A stretch of 64,000 bases of DNA from Bacilli bacterium (GTDB lineage Bacteria; Bacillota_I; Bacilli_A; RFN20; CAG-826), in NCBI GenBank assembly GCA_050952725.1, contig JBMNLN010000001.1, forward strand, positions 578,454 to 642,453, in the 5' to 3' direction. Below are positions 28,161 through 37,334 of this stretch, in pieces. The translations under genes and the position numbers were made by a program. How positions within the stretch are numbered: position 1 is the stretch's first letter; every line of letters begins with the position of its first letter. The notes under the pieces were generated by a model. The model had not been told where the DNA came from, searched no databases, and was given only the letters and a program-made list of their open reading frames with translations.

Positions 28161-28306
28161 AATTGTTTCCTCCATTAGCGATATTTTTATATTTTTCCAA
28201 TTTCTTTTGGAAAAAAGTGGGTTTTTCAGGATTTTTGGGGCAAAATAAAATCCCCCCTCATTAAATCCATTTTTTTCTAAGGGCGTCATCGCCCAGAGTA
28301 CTTATG

Positions 28307-28334
28307 ATTATATAGGAAAAAAGGGGAGATTCAA
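28307..28334 (-). promoter_or_regulatory. Putative nrdDG promoter
   Basis: Minus strand TTGAAT, 16-bp spacer, TATAAT. Implies a ~140-nt 5' UTR. Confidence 0.55.
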
Positions 28335-28775
28335 GACACTTAAAAGTGTACTTGTGTATCGAAAAAGTCAATCAACAGAAAAAGACACTTGTGATCTATT
28401 AACGGTTTTAACGGTGGGATTTTTTAATAAATTTTGCACACTCTGACAAGCACATTAAGACTTTTAAAAAAAGTCTGAATTGAGTTTCACAGGGGCAGCA
28501 ATAGTTAAAAATTAGTAGTTTTTTATCTGATTTAAAAAAACTTAAAAATTATTTTTTAGAAATTATTTTTTTGACATCTGTCTATCAAACCAAATCCGAT
28601 AAAAAGGTGAAGTAGTAACATTTGCTACCAACTTCAGTATCTCCAACTTGCGTTGCGAGTTACTGTCAACTTTCTTATAATATTAACATGCAAAAAGATA
28701 TCATCGTCTAATCCATAAAAATACATAAACAATGACTATCACACAGCAAGAAAAATGAAAAAGAGAGGTATCCAC

Positions 28776-29699
28776 ATGAATATTATTAATTTCTTAAAAC
28801 CGAAAAAAGAAATCGTCTTTATTTACAGCGATTTTACAATTCGTCAAGCCTTAGAAAAAATGCATATCCATCGCTTTACCGCGATTCCAATTATTAATCA
28901 AGAAGGTGGATATGTTGGAACGATTACCGAAGGGGACCTTTTATGGTTTATCAAAGAAAATGCTTTTCTCGATTTGAAAAAAGCCGAAAATCTACCTGTG
29001 ATGTCGGTTCCAAGAAAACGAGATAATCGCCCGGTTTATATTTCGGCACATATCGAGGAATTATATCGCCTTTCCTTAGAACAAAATTTTATTCCTGTGC
29101 TCGATGATCGTGCGATGTTTATTGGAATTGTCACCAGAAGTGATTTATTGAATTTTTTTCAAGAAAAACCACAAGCTAATAGTGAAAGTCCCTATGATGC
29201 GATTTTAGGACGAAGAAGTATTCGGTCTTGGCAAACCTTCCCTGTTCAGGAAGATTTAATTGAAAAAATTATCATTGCTGGGCTAGCCGCCCCTAGTGCG
29301 AGAAATAAAAGACCAATTCATATCGTTCGCATTAGTGACAAAAAATTGCAAAAAGAAATTTTGGAACAAAAACCCTATATGCTTAAACTCAATGCCGCAC
29401 CTGAATCATTTGCTATTTTTGGTGACATGTCAGTCGAGGAAAATGAGTTTCTCTTAAACAACAACGCTTCGGCGACAATAGAAAACATGCTCCTAGCTAT
29501 CCACGCTCTTGGTTTAGGCGGAGTGTGGATTGGGGCGGCTTCCGCAGAATGGCGTGATTTTGTGGCTAAAAAATTGCAAATGCCAGAAAACTTTATGTTA
29601 TTTGGGATGATTGCCTATGGTCACCCTAATGAAAAAAAAGCTCCTTACTTATCTGCCGATCCAGAAAAATGGCATTTGAACCAATTTGGAAAGAAATAG
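28776..29699 (+). CDS. CBS-pair domain (YkuL-like) fused to a nitroreductase-family domain
   Basis: Start ATG 28776 after GAGG. CBS 'TIRQALEKM...FTAIPII...YVGTITEGDLLW...FIGIVTRSDLL', then nitroreductase 'AILGRRSIRSW...AAPSARNKRP...AIHALGLGGVWIG...IAYGHP'. Confidence 0.88.
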   Translation: MNIINFLKPKKEIVFIYSDFTIRQALEKMHIHRFTAIPIINQEGGYVGTITEGDLLWFIKENAFLDLKKAENLPVMSVPRKRDNRPVYISAHIEELYRLSLEQNFIPVLDDRAMFIGIVTRSDLLNFFQEKPQANSESPYDAILGRRSIRSWQTFPVQEDLIEKIIIAGLAAPSARNKRPIHIVRISDKKLQKEILEQKPYMLKLNAAPESFAIFGDMSVEENEFLLNNNASATIENMLLAIHALGLGGVWIGAASAEWRDFVAKKLQMPENFMLFGMIAYGHPNEKKAPYLSADPEKWHLNQFGKK

Positions 29700-29922
29700 T
29701 TGTGGCGTTATTTTTTCGTTATCATTAATGAAATTGAGCAAAGTTTCTTGCTGTATATTTTAGGGCGAAGAAAAAAATAAAAAAAGTATTAAAAATCTCC
29801 ACTTTTTTAAAAAATCGATGAAGAAAAAATGCAAGTAAAATAATCATTTTGTGTTAATATAACTGATTTTTTTGGTATACTAATATTAGGGTTTTATTCA
29901 AAATGGGAGACTTTTTAAACCA

Positions 29923-30477
29923 ATGGCAAAAAACATCTTAGTTATCACCGGAAGCGCGCGACCAGAAGGAAATTCAATGCTCCTGGCGAAGGCTTTCATT
30001 CGCGGGGCGAGAAAAAATGGCAATGCGGTACGTCGTTTTGATGCTGCCACTAAACTCATTTCGCCATGTCGAGGCTGTAATCGTTGTTGGTCCAAAGGAA
30101 AGCCATGCATCGTCGATGATGCCTTTAATCAAGTTGCTCCTTATTTGCACGTTTCGCACATTATCGTTTTTGCCACACCGCTTTACTGGTTTAATTTTTC
30201 AAGCCCAGTCAAAGCCTTTATCGATAAACTCTATGCTTATTTTTCTGATGCTCGCAAGCGTGATTTACGCATTACCCAATCAATTTTAATCGCCGCAGGA
30301 GCAAGCAAAGAAGAAGATGCCTTCGATTTACTCAAAGAAAATTATCTTAAAATTGCCGACACTTTAAACTGGGAAAATATCGCAATGATTACCGTTGGTG
30401 GAGTAGAAAATATCCACGATGTTGATAAACTTGATGCAATCAAGGAAGCTTATGAACTCGGCAAATCGATTGAATAA
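29923..30477 (+). CDS. Flavodoxin-like NAD(P)H-dependent FMN reductase / iron-sulfur flavoprotein family
   Basis: ITGSARPEGNS, CRGCNRC...C, FATPLYWFNFSSPVKAFIDKL. Confidence 0.88.
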   Translation: MAKNILVITGSARPEGNSMLLAKAFIRGARKNGNAVRRFDAATKLISPCRGCNRCWSKGKPCIVDDAFNQVAPYLHVSHIIVFATPLYWFNFSSPVKAFIDKLYAYFSDARKRDLRITQSILIAAGASKEEDAFDLLKENYLKIADTLNWENIAMITVGGVENIHDVDKLDAIKEAYELGKSIE

Positions 30478-30487
30478 GGAGATTTTT

Positions 30488-31408
30488 ATGGCAGAAGTTA
30501 AAATTAGCATGGTGAAAAATGATGGTTCGACTTTTTATGGTCGTTCCTGGCCGATTGAAAAACCCATTGCCAATATAGTGATTGTAACTGGCATGGAAGA
30601 ACATTCAGGACGATATGCTCATTTTGCTGAATTTTTAAATCAACAAGGATATAGTGTTTTTTCCCTCGATTACTATGGCCAAGGGATGAATGTCGAAGTC
30701 GGTGGACATAAACTAGGTTGCGTGCCCGAAAGTGCTTTCCGCAAATTTGTCTATACGATTGATGAGTTAGTGCAAAAACTCTGGGTTTCATCGGTTCCCG
30801 TTTATTTGATTGGACACTCGATGGGGTCATTTATTTTACAAGACTATGCACAACGTTTCGGGAATCATGTTGATAAAATCGTTCTCGTTGGCACAAATGG
30901 ACCGATGTTTGCAGTCAAACTCGGCTATTTCCTCGCTCGATTAACGGTTTGGAAGAAGCATTATGATCGTCCCTCGAAGTTATTATCTAACCTTGTTTTT
31001 GGTGCCTACCAAAAAAGTATTAAGGATCGAAAAAATATCCACGATTGGCTCTCTTATAACGAAGAAAATGTCCATGCCTATAGTGAAGACCCTCTTTGCG
31101 GGGCTGGTTCTTCAAAAGGATTTTACCGCGAATTTTTCAAAGGACTCAACCGGCTTTATCGAAAGAAGTTCCTTGCTAAAATCAATCCTGATTTACCAAT
31201 CTTAATTACTGCGGGACAAGAAGATCCAGTTGGTCGTCACGGGAAAGGGATTGAGGCACTGGTTAAAATTTATGAAAAATTTGGTCTTCGCCATGTTGAA
31301 CACAAACTTTATCCCAAGATGCGTCATGAAGTTCTCAACGAGAACGGTAAAGAAGAAGTTTACAATGATATTCTCGCCTTTTTAAAAAAGGAATTTCCTA
31401 AAGAATAG
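30488..31408 (+). CDS. Alpha/beta hydrolase (lysophospholipase-like)
   Basis: Start ATG 30488. GMEEHSGRY, nucleophile GHSMG, GQEDPVG, RHEVLNE. Confidence 0.9.
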   Translation: MAEVKISMVKNDGSTFYGRSWPIEKPIANIVIVTGMEEHSGRYAHFAEFLNQQGYSVFSLDYYGQGMNVEVGGHKLGCVPESAFRKFVYTIDELVQKLWVSSVPVYLIGHSMGSFILQDYAQRFGNHVDKIVLVGTNGPMFAVKLGYFLARLTVWKKHYDRPSKLLSNLVFGAYQKSIKDRKNIHDWLSYNEENVHAYSEDPLCGAGSSKGFYREFFKGLNRLYRKKFLAKINPDLPILITAGQEDPVGRHGKGIEALVKIYEKFGLRHVEHKLYPKMRHEVLNENGKEEVYNDILAFLKKEFPKE

Positions 31409-31446
31409 TAGTAAATTCTTTGCCAATCATGGAGAAAGAACACAAG

Positions 31447-31470
31447 AAAGCCTTTTTAAAGGCTTTTTTT
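31447..31470 (+). terminator. Intrinsic terminator after hydrolase
   Basis: AAAGCC...GGCTTT stem followed by a T-tract. Confidence 0.55.
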
Positions 31471-31561
31471 CTTTTTTCTCCGGATTATGTTTAGTCTAAA
31501 AGATGAAATTCTTAACGTTTTCGCCTATAATTTATTTGATGCGAAACCCGAGGAGGATGAT

Positions 31562-32764
31562 ATGCGTAATTTTGTATTGATCTCACCACAATTTCCAATG
31601 ACCTATTATCGTTTCGCTGCTCAATTAAAGAAAGCGGGATTTAATGTTTTAGGAATTGGCAATGCTCCTTATCACGAACTGAGTAAAGATTTAATTGATG
31701 CTCTGACTGAATATTATTACTGCGACAATATGGAGAATTATGAAGATCTCTATCGAGCAGTAGCGTTCTTTGCTTTTAAGTATGGCAAGATTGAATTCTT
31801 AGAATCAAATAACGAATACTGGTTAATTAGCGATGCAAAACTTCGAACGGATTTTAATATCGGCGGCGGCTTTACCAAAGATGAGATCATGCGTTATAAA
31901 ATGAAGTCGGAGATGAAAAAGTTTTATCAATCCGCTGGTATTCCTACCGCTCGTTATCAATTATTAAAAGATAAAACAGATGCAGAAAACTTTATTAAAG
32001 AAGTTGGATATCCAATCTTTGTCAAACCCAATGTAGGAGTGGGTTCTGCTGATACAAGACGCATCAAAAATGCTGAGGAACTCGCGGATTTTCTTGAAAA
32101 TAAAAATCCACTCATCTCTTACATTATGGAAGAATTTATCGATGGAGTTGTCGTTTCTTACGATGGGATTTCCAATAGCAAAGCCGAACCCCTCCTCGAA
32201 ATCCAAAGTGTTTTCCCGTGTCCTAACGATACTTTAGTTAATGAGTTAACTGATGATTATTACTTCACTCTACCAACCCTTGATAAAGATCTTGTCGCGC
32301 TTGGACGCAAGGTTTTAAAAACTTTCGAAGTGAAGAAGCGTTTCTTTCATCTGGAGTTTTTCCGTCTTAATCGCGCTCATCCTAATCTTGGGAAAAAAGG
32401 TGATTTAATTGGTTTAGAAGTCAATATGCGTCCAGCGGGAGGATATACCCCTGATATGTATAACTTCGCTCTTAGCACTGATGTTTATCGGATTTATGCG
32501 GAAATGATGGCTAGTGATCAAACCACTTTAAAAGCAGATTCTACTAAATATTACTGCGTAGAAGTCGCTCGTCGCGATGCTCATGCAGGAAGTTATGTCT
32601 ACAACGATGAAGATATCAATCGCCAATTTGGCAGTGCGATTAAAATGTCAGGTCGTTATCCCAAGGTCCTAGCGCCAGGTTTAGGGGATGTTTTTTATAT
32701 CGCTCGTTTTAAAACTTTAGAGGAAGCTGATGCTTTTAGAGCATACGTGTTAAAGAGGATTTAG
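31562..32764 (+). CDS. ATP-grasp domain protein (carbamoyl-phosphate-synthase-like)
   Basis: Start ATG 31562 after GAGGAGG. 'FVLISPQFP', 'LESNNEYWL', 'YPIFVKPNVGVGS', 'MEEFIDG', 'FHLEFF', 'LEVNMRPAGG'. Confidence 0.85.
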   Translation: MRNFVLISPQFPMTYYRFAAQLKKAGFNVLGIGNAPYHELSKDLIDALTEYYYCDNMENYEDLYRAVAFFAFKYGKIEFLESNNEYWLISDAKLRTDFNIGGGFTKDEIMRYKMKSEMKKFYQSAGIPTARYQLLKDKTDAENFIKEVGYPIFVKPNVGVGSADTRRIKNAEELADFLENKNPLISYIMEEFIDGVVVSYDGISNSKAEPLLEIQSVFPCPNDTLVNELTDDYYFTLPTLDKDLVALGRKVLKTFEVKKRFFHLEFFRLNRAHPNLGKKGDLIGLEVNMRPAGGYTPDMYNFALSTDVYRIYAEMMASDQTTLKADSTKYYCVEVARRDAHAGSYVYNDEDINRQFGSAIKMSGRYPKVLAPGLGDVFYIARFKTLEEADAFRAYVLKRI

Positions 32765-32765
32765 T

Positions 32766-33776
32766 ATGGCAATCTTAGTAACAGGTGGTACCGGGTATAT
32801 CGGAAGTCATACCGTGGTCGAATTGTTGAATGCAGAAAAAGACGTCGTCATTGTTGATGATTTACGCAATTCCAAAGCAGAATCGTTAAATCGCATCGAA
32901 AAAATCACTAGCAAAAGGCCAGTGTTTTATCGAGTTGATGTGTGTGAGGGGGAAAAATTAGAAGAGGTTTTCCAAAAACATCACATCACGGATGTCATCC
33001 ATTTCGCAGGATTAAAGGCGGTAGGAGAATCAGTTGCTAAACCTCTAGAATATTACCAAAACAATATTGACAGCACTCTGACCTTGTTAAAGTTAATGCG
33101 GAAGTATGAAGTGAAAAATCTCGTCTTTTCTTCAAGTGCTACGGTTTATGGTAAGGCGGAAAAGGTGCCGATTGATGAAACATCGCCAATAGGAAATACG
33201 ACAAACCCTTATGGGACGACGAAGTTGATGATCGAAATAATTTTAAAAGATGTTCATCAAGCCAATCCGAATATGAACATCGCAATCTTGCGTTACTTTA
33301 ATCCGATTGGCGCCCATCCTAGCGGACTTATCGGTGAAGACCCTCGCGGAATCCCTAATAATCTGATGCCCTATATTGCGCAAGTGGCCCTTGGAAAATT
33401 ACCGGTCCTTAATGTTTACGGTAATGATTATCAAACTGTTGATGGTACTGGTGTCCGAGATTATATTCACGTAGTTGATTTGGCTCGGGGACATGTTTCG
33501 GCGATTTTAAAACTCCAAGAGAAGCCGGGGCTTGTTATCTATAACTTAGGAACCGGCAAAGGAACGAGCGTGCTCGAATTGGTTGAGGCATTTAAACGAG
33601 TTAACCAAGTTCAAGTCCCTTATGTCATTAGTGCCCGTCGCCCTGGAGATATTGATGCATGTTATGCGGGGGTAGAAAAAGCCTTTAAAGAAATGGGATG
33701 GAAGGCGGTTTACGGGATTGAAGAAGGCTGTCGCGACGCTTGGAATTTCCAAAAAAAGAACCCGCAAGGATTATAG
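32766..33776 (+). CDS. galE: UDP-glucose 4-epimerase
   Basis: GGTGYIGSH, HFAGLKAVGES, FSSSATVYG, YGTTK, LRYFNPIGAHPSG, GTGVRDYIHV. Confidence 0.97.
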   Translation: MAILVTGGTGYIGSHTVVELLNAEKDVVIVDDLRNSKAESLNRIEKITSKRPVFYRVDVCEGEKLEEVFQKHHITDVIHFAGLKAVGESVAKPLEYYQNNIDSTLTLLKLMRKYEVKNLVFSSSATVYGKAEKVPIDETSPIGNTTNPYGTTKLMIEIILKDVHQANPNMNIAILRYFNPIGAHPSGLIGEDPRGIPNNLMPYIAQVALGKLPVLNVYGNDYQTVDGTGVRDYIHVVDLARGHVSAILKLQEKPGLVIYNLGTGKGTSVLELVEAFKRVNQVQVPYVISARRPGDIDACYAGVEKAFKEMGWKAVYGIEEGCRDAWNFQKKNPQGL

Positions 33777-33781
33777 ATACT

Positions 33782-34489
33782 ATGAATTATGTAATTATTC
33801 TCGCTGGTGGAATCGGAGCACGAGTTAACGCCGGTATTCCCAAACAATTTATTGTAGTTGATGATAAACCAATTATCGTTTACACCTTAGAAGCTTTTCA
33901 AGAACATCCGGATATCGACGCGATTGTCGTGGTCGCGGTTGAGGATTATCTCGATGAGATTTGGAAATTGGTCAAACAATTTAAATTAAATAAAGTAAAA
34001 ATGGTTATTGCGGGCGGGGCAACCGGTCATTTAAGTACCCAAAATGGGGTCTTTGCTCTTGAAAACATCGCCAAAGAGGATGATGTTGTGATTATTCATG
34101 ATGCGATTCGCCCCATCGTTCCCCATCCGATTATTGATGACTTGCTCCGGGTCTGCCAAGAGAAGGGAAACGCGGTTTCCTCCCTAGCGATGCAGGAAAC
34201 AGTGATTCTTACCCAAGATCAAAAATCAGGTAAAGAATCGCTGGATCGCAAATACGTTCGCCGAGTGCAAACACCGCAAGCATATCATTACGGAGATTTG
34301 CTTGATGTTTATCAAACCGCTAAGAAAAAAGGCATTACCGATAGTGTTTATTGCAATACTCTCTTTATCGATTTTGGGCATACCCTTTATTTTTCGCGGG
34401 GATTTTCTAACAATGTGAAAATCACCACCACAGATGATATTACGCTTTTTAAAGCCTTAAAAAACTTTAGTGAGGAAGATTTGATTTAA
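33782..34489 (+). CDS. IspD/TarI family cytidylyltransferase
   Basis: Start ATG 33782. ILAGGIGARV...PKQFI, IHDAIRP, VQTPQAY, NVKITTTDD. Confidence 0.9.
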   Translation: MNYVIILAGGIGARVNAGIPKQFIVVDDKPIIVYTLEAFQEHPDIDAIVVVAVEDYLDEIWKLVKQFKLNKVKMVIAGGATGHLSTQNGVFALENIAKEDDVVIIHDAIRPIVPHPIIDDLLRVCQEKGNAVSSLAMQETVILTQDQKSGKESLDRKYVRRVQTPQAYHYGDLLDVYQTAKKKGITDSVYCNTLFIDFGHTLYFSRGFSNNVKITTTDDITLFKALKNFSEEDLI

Positions 34490-35529
34490 TGAACAGCCTC
34501 TATCAAAGCGGTAAGTATCTTGAAGAAGTAAAAAGTTTTTCCCAAAAATTGGATTTAACTTTTTTGCGCAATAAAAGCATTTTAATTTCTGGAGCGACAG
34601 GGATGATCGCTTCTCTTTTTATAGATGCCATACTTTTTAATCGAGAATTTCCCATTGAAATTCAGGCGATTACGAGAAATAAGAAGAATTTTTATCAACG
34701 TTTCTCAATTTACCAAAATGATCAACGACTTCAACCTTTTGTCGCCGATGTTAAAGAGCCTTTAAATCTTAGCGGAGTTTTTGATTATGTGATTCATGCG
34801 GCTTCTTATACTGACCCGAAGAATTACGCCACTTATCCAATTGATACCATCCTCGTAAATATTTTGGGGACAAAGAATCTTTTAGATATCACTGCGAAAA
34901 ACAAGGCGACCTTTATGCTTTTATCGACTTGTGAAATCTATGGAGAAGGCAGTAAGGAACTTCTTGCCGAAGAAGATTATGGTTATTTAGATCCTCTCGT
35001 GGTCCGCAATGGCTATAACGAAAGTAAGCGAGCAAGTGAATCGCTAACAATTGCCTACAGTTATGAAAAAGATATAAAAGTATTATTGCCGCGCTTATCT
35101 AGAACTTTTGGTCCCACGATGCATTTGACCGACAGTAAGGCGATATCCCAGTTTATGAAACGAGCAGTTTGGGGAGAAAATATCATCTTAAAGAGCAGAG
35201 GTTTACAAAAATATAGTTATCTTTACGTATTCGATGCAGTTTCAGCAATCTTCCATCTTCTGGAAAAAGGAGAAAATCGCGTTGCATATAATGTAGCGTA
35301 TGCCGATGAGGTCACCTTAAAAGAAATGGCAGAAAAGATCGCAAACATTGAAAACGTTCAAGTAGAGATGATTATTGAAGATGAGTTTGCTGGGCGTGGA
35401 TATTCACTTGCTACAAAAGCCTTGCAAGATACCACTCGTTTATTAAATTCAGGGTGGAAACCTCTCTATACTTTAGATAGTGGATTAGAAAAAACAATGA
35501 AAATCTTGAAGGAGCGAATTGAACAATGA
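34489..35529 (+). CDS. NAD-dependent epimerase/dehydratase (extended SDR)
   Basis: GATGMIAS, HAAS, STCEIYG, YNESKR catalytic YxxxK. Translationally coupled to the cytidylyltransferase. Confidence 0.9.
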   Translation: MNSLYQSGKYLEEVKSFSQKLDLTFLRNKSILISGATGMIASLFIDAILFNREFPIEIQAITRNKKNFYQRFSIYQNDQRLQPFVADVKEPLNLSGVFDYVIHAASYTDPKNYATYPIDTILVNILGTKNLLDITAKNKATFMLLSTCEIYGEGSKELLAEEDYGYLDPLVVRNGYNESKRASESLTIAYSYEKDIKVLLPRLSRTFGPTMHLTDSKAISQFMKRAVWGENIILKSRGLQKYSYLYVFDAVSAIFHLLEKGENRVAYNVAYADEVTLKEMAEKIANIENVQVEMIIEDEFAGRGYSLATKALQDTTRLLNSGWKPLYTLDSGLEKTMKILKERIEQ

Positions 35530-36647
35530 AAATCCTCATTACCGGAGCGAAGGGATTTGTCGGAAAAAATTTATCCCTAACCTTAAAGGCTCGAGGGCAC
35601 GAAGTTTTTGATTGTGATCTTGGAACCCCCCAAAAAGAATTAATTAATTGGATCAAACAATGTGAGTTTATTGTACATCTCGCTGGCGTTAATCGTCCCT
35701 TAACCGTCGAGGAGTTTTATCGAGGCAATGCTGACTTCACCTTAGAATTAACAAGGTTAATGGAAGAAAACCATTGCAATTCACCAGTTATTTTTTCTTC
35801 ATCGATACAAGCCGATCGCGAGCATGATTATGGAAAAAGCAAGCGCATGGGCGAAATCCATCTTCGGAATTTTGGCAAGAAGACAAATACTCCAGTATTT
35901 ATTTTTAGATTAAGTAATTTGTTTGGCAAATGGTCACGGCCGCACTATAACTCAGTGGTCGCGACTTTTTGCCACAATATTGCTCGTGATTTGCCGATTC
36001 AAATCAGTGATCCAAATGCGGTGATTGAATTTGTCTATATCGATGATGTGATAGATGTCTTTGTTTCATTAATTGAAACTCCACTGCCGCGCCAAATTGA
36101 AGAGTACTATTATGTTTCACCGATCTATCCAGTCTCACTTGGAAAACTGGCCGCAATGATTCAAAGTTTTAAGGACATGCGCACCACTCGCGAACTTCCA
36201 GCGATGGATAATCAATTCGTGCGGAAATTATACGCGACTTATTTGAGTTATCTTCCAGAAGACGAATTTGGTTATCCTTTATTAATGCATAAAGATGCCC
36301 GCGGTTCATTTACTGAATTTCTTCGTTCGGACTCCGCTGGTCAAGTTTCGGTCAATGTGGCTAAACCTGGTATTACTAAAGGAGAACATTGGCATCATAC
36401 AAAAAACGAAAAATTTCTTGTTGTGTCTGGCGAAGCTGAGATTAATTTTCGCAAAATCGGCTCCGATGAAATCATTAGTTATCGAGTAAACGGTGATGAA
36501 CTCCGCGTAATTGACATCCCAACTGGATACACACATAACATCGTCAATGTTGGCGATGGCGATTTAATTACATTGATCTGGGCTAGTGAACCGTTTGATC
36601 CTGAAAATCCGGATACTTTTTATGAAAAGGTGGTTAGGGATGTTTAA
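35526..36647 (+). CDS. CapF/WbjC-like SDR-cupin protein (UDP-2-acetamido-2,6-dideoxy-hexulose reductase family)
   Basis: ITGAKGFVGKNL, HLAGVNRP, YGKSK, FRLSNLFGKWSRPHYNSVVATFCHNIA, C-terminal cupin 'DARGSFTEF...KGEHWHHTKNEKFLVV'. Confidence 0.9.
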   Translation: MKILITGAKGFVGKNLSLTLKARGHEVFDCDLGTPQKELINWIKQCEFIVHLAGVNRPLTVEEFYRGNADFTLELTRLMEENHCNSPVIFSSSIQADREHDYGKSKRMGEIHLRNFGKKTNTPVFIFRLSNLFGKWSRPHYNSVVATFCHNIARDLPIQISDPNAVIEFVYIDDVIDVFVSLIETPLPRQIEEYYYVSPIYPVSLGKLAAMIQSFKDMRTTRELPAMDNQFVRKLYATYLSYLPEDEFGYPLLMHKDARGSFTEFLRSDSAGQVSVNVAKPGITKGEHWHHTKNEKFLVVSGEAEINFRKIGSDEIISYRVNGDELRVIDIPTGYTHNIVNVGDGDLITLIWASEPFDPENPDTFYEKVVRDV

Positions 36648-36735
36648 CCTAAGTATTCTTAGTATCAGGTTACCATTAACTAATTGTTATACACTTCTCA
36701 GATGTGGTAGAATACTTTCTATGTGAGAGGATATT

Positions 36736-37329
36736 ATGTATCGTCATTTCATTAAGCGTCTCTTTGATTTATTCTTGTCGTTCTTGGCGATAATTGTTTT
36801 ATTTCCTCTTTTCCTAATTTTAATTATTGCAGTGGCTATTGATCAAAAAGGTCATGTGTTTTTTGTTCAAAAACGTTTAGGAAAGAATAAAAAACTCTTT
36901 AATCTAGTTAAATTTCGTACTATGGATATCAATGCTCCAAACAATGTTACTCCAAGCGAAATGAAAGATCATTACGATAAATATGTAAGTAAATTCGGTC
37001 GTTTTATGCGTTTATCAGCCCTTGATGAAATTCCACAAATATTGAATATCTTCTTAGGACAAATGAGTATTATCGGCTATCGCCCTTCGCAAAGTGTCGA
37101 AGAAGAACTCAATAATGCCCGAGATCAGTATGGGATTTATAAAATGAAGCCCGGTCTAACTGGGTGGGCTCAAGTAAACACTCAACACGATCCCAAAATG
37201 AAAGTAATGTTCGAGAAAGAATATGTTGAAAAAGCATCGTTTTGTTTTGATTTTAAAATATTCTTTCTGACAATCGGCTTTTTGCTGTCTCGGTTATTCA
37301 GACCTAACAAGCACAAAATAAACGATTGA
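36736..37329 (+). CDS. Priming sugar transferase (Bac_transf family)
   Basis: IKRLFDL, single TM, KFRTM, DEIPQILNIFLGQMSIIGYRP, KPGLTGWAQV. Confidence 0.92.
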   Translation: MYRHFIKRLFDLFLSFLAIIVLFPLFLILIIAVAIDQKGHVFFVQKRLGKNKKLFNLVKFRTMDINAPNNVTPSEMKDHYDKYVSKFGRFMRLSALDEIPQILNIFLGQMSIIGYRPSQSVEEELNNARDQYGIYKMKPGLTGWAQVNTQHDPKMKVMFEKEYVEKASFCFDFKIFFLTIGFLLSRLFRPNKHKIND

Positions 37330-37334
37330 GGAAC

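Noticed and set aside
28336-28349. ACACTTAAAAGTGT upstream of nrdD as an NrdR box
   Set aside because: The spacing between CAC and GTG is 6 bp rather than the 8 bp of the NrdR consensus, and there is no tandem second box.
33782-34489. MEP-pathway ispD
   Set aside because: The context (galE, SDR, sugar transferase) and the absence of ispF favour a CDP-polyol role, so no gene symbol was given.
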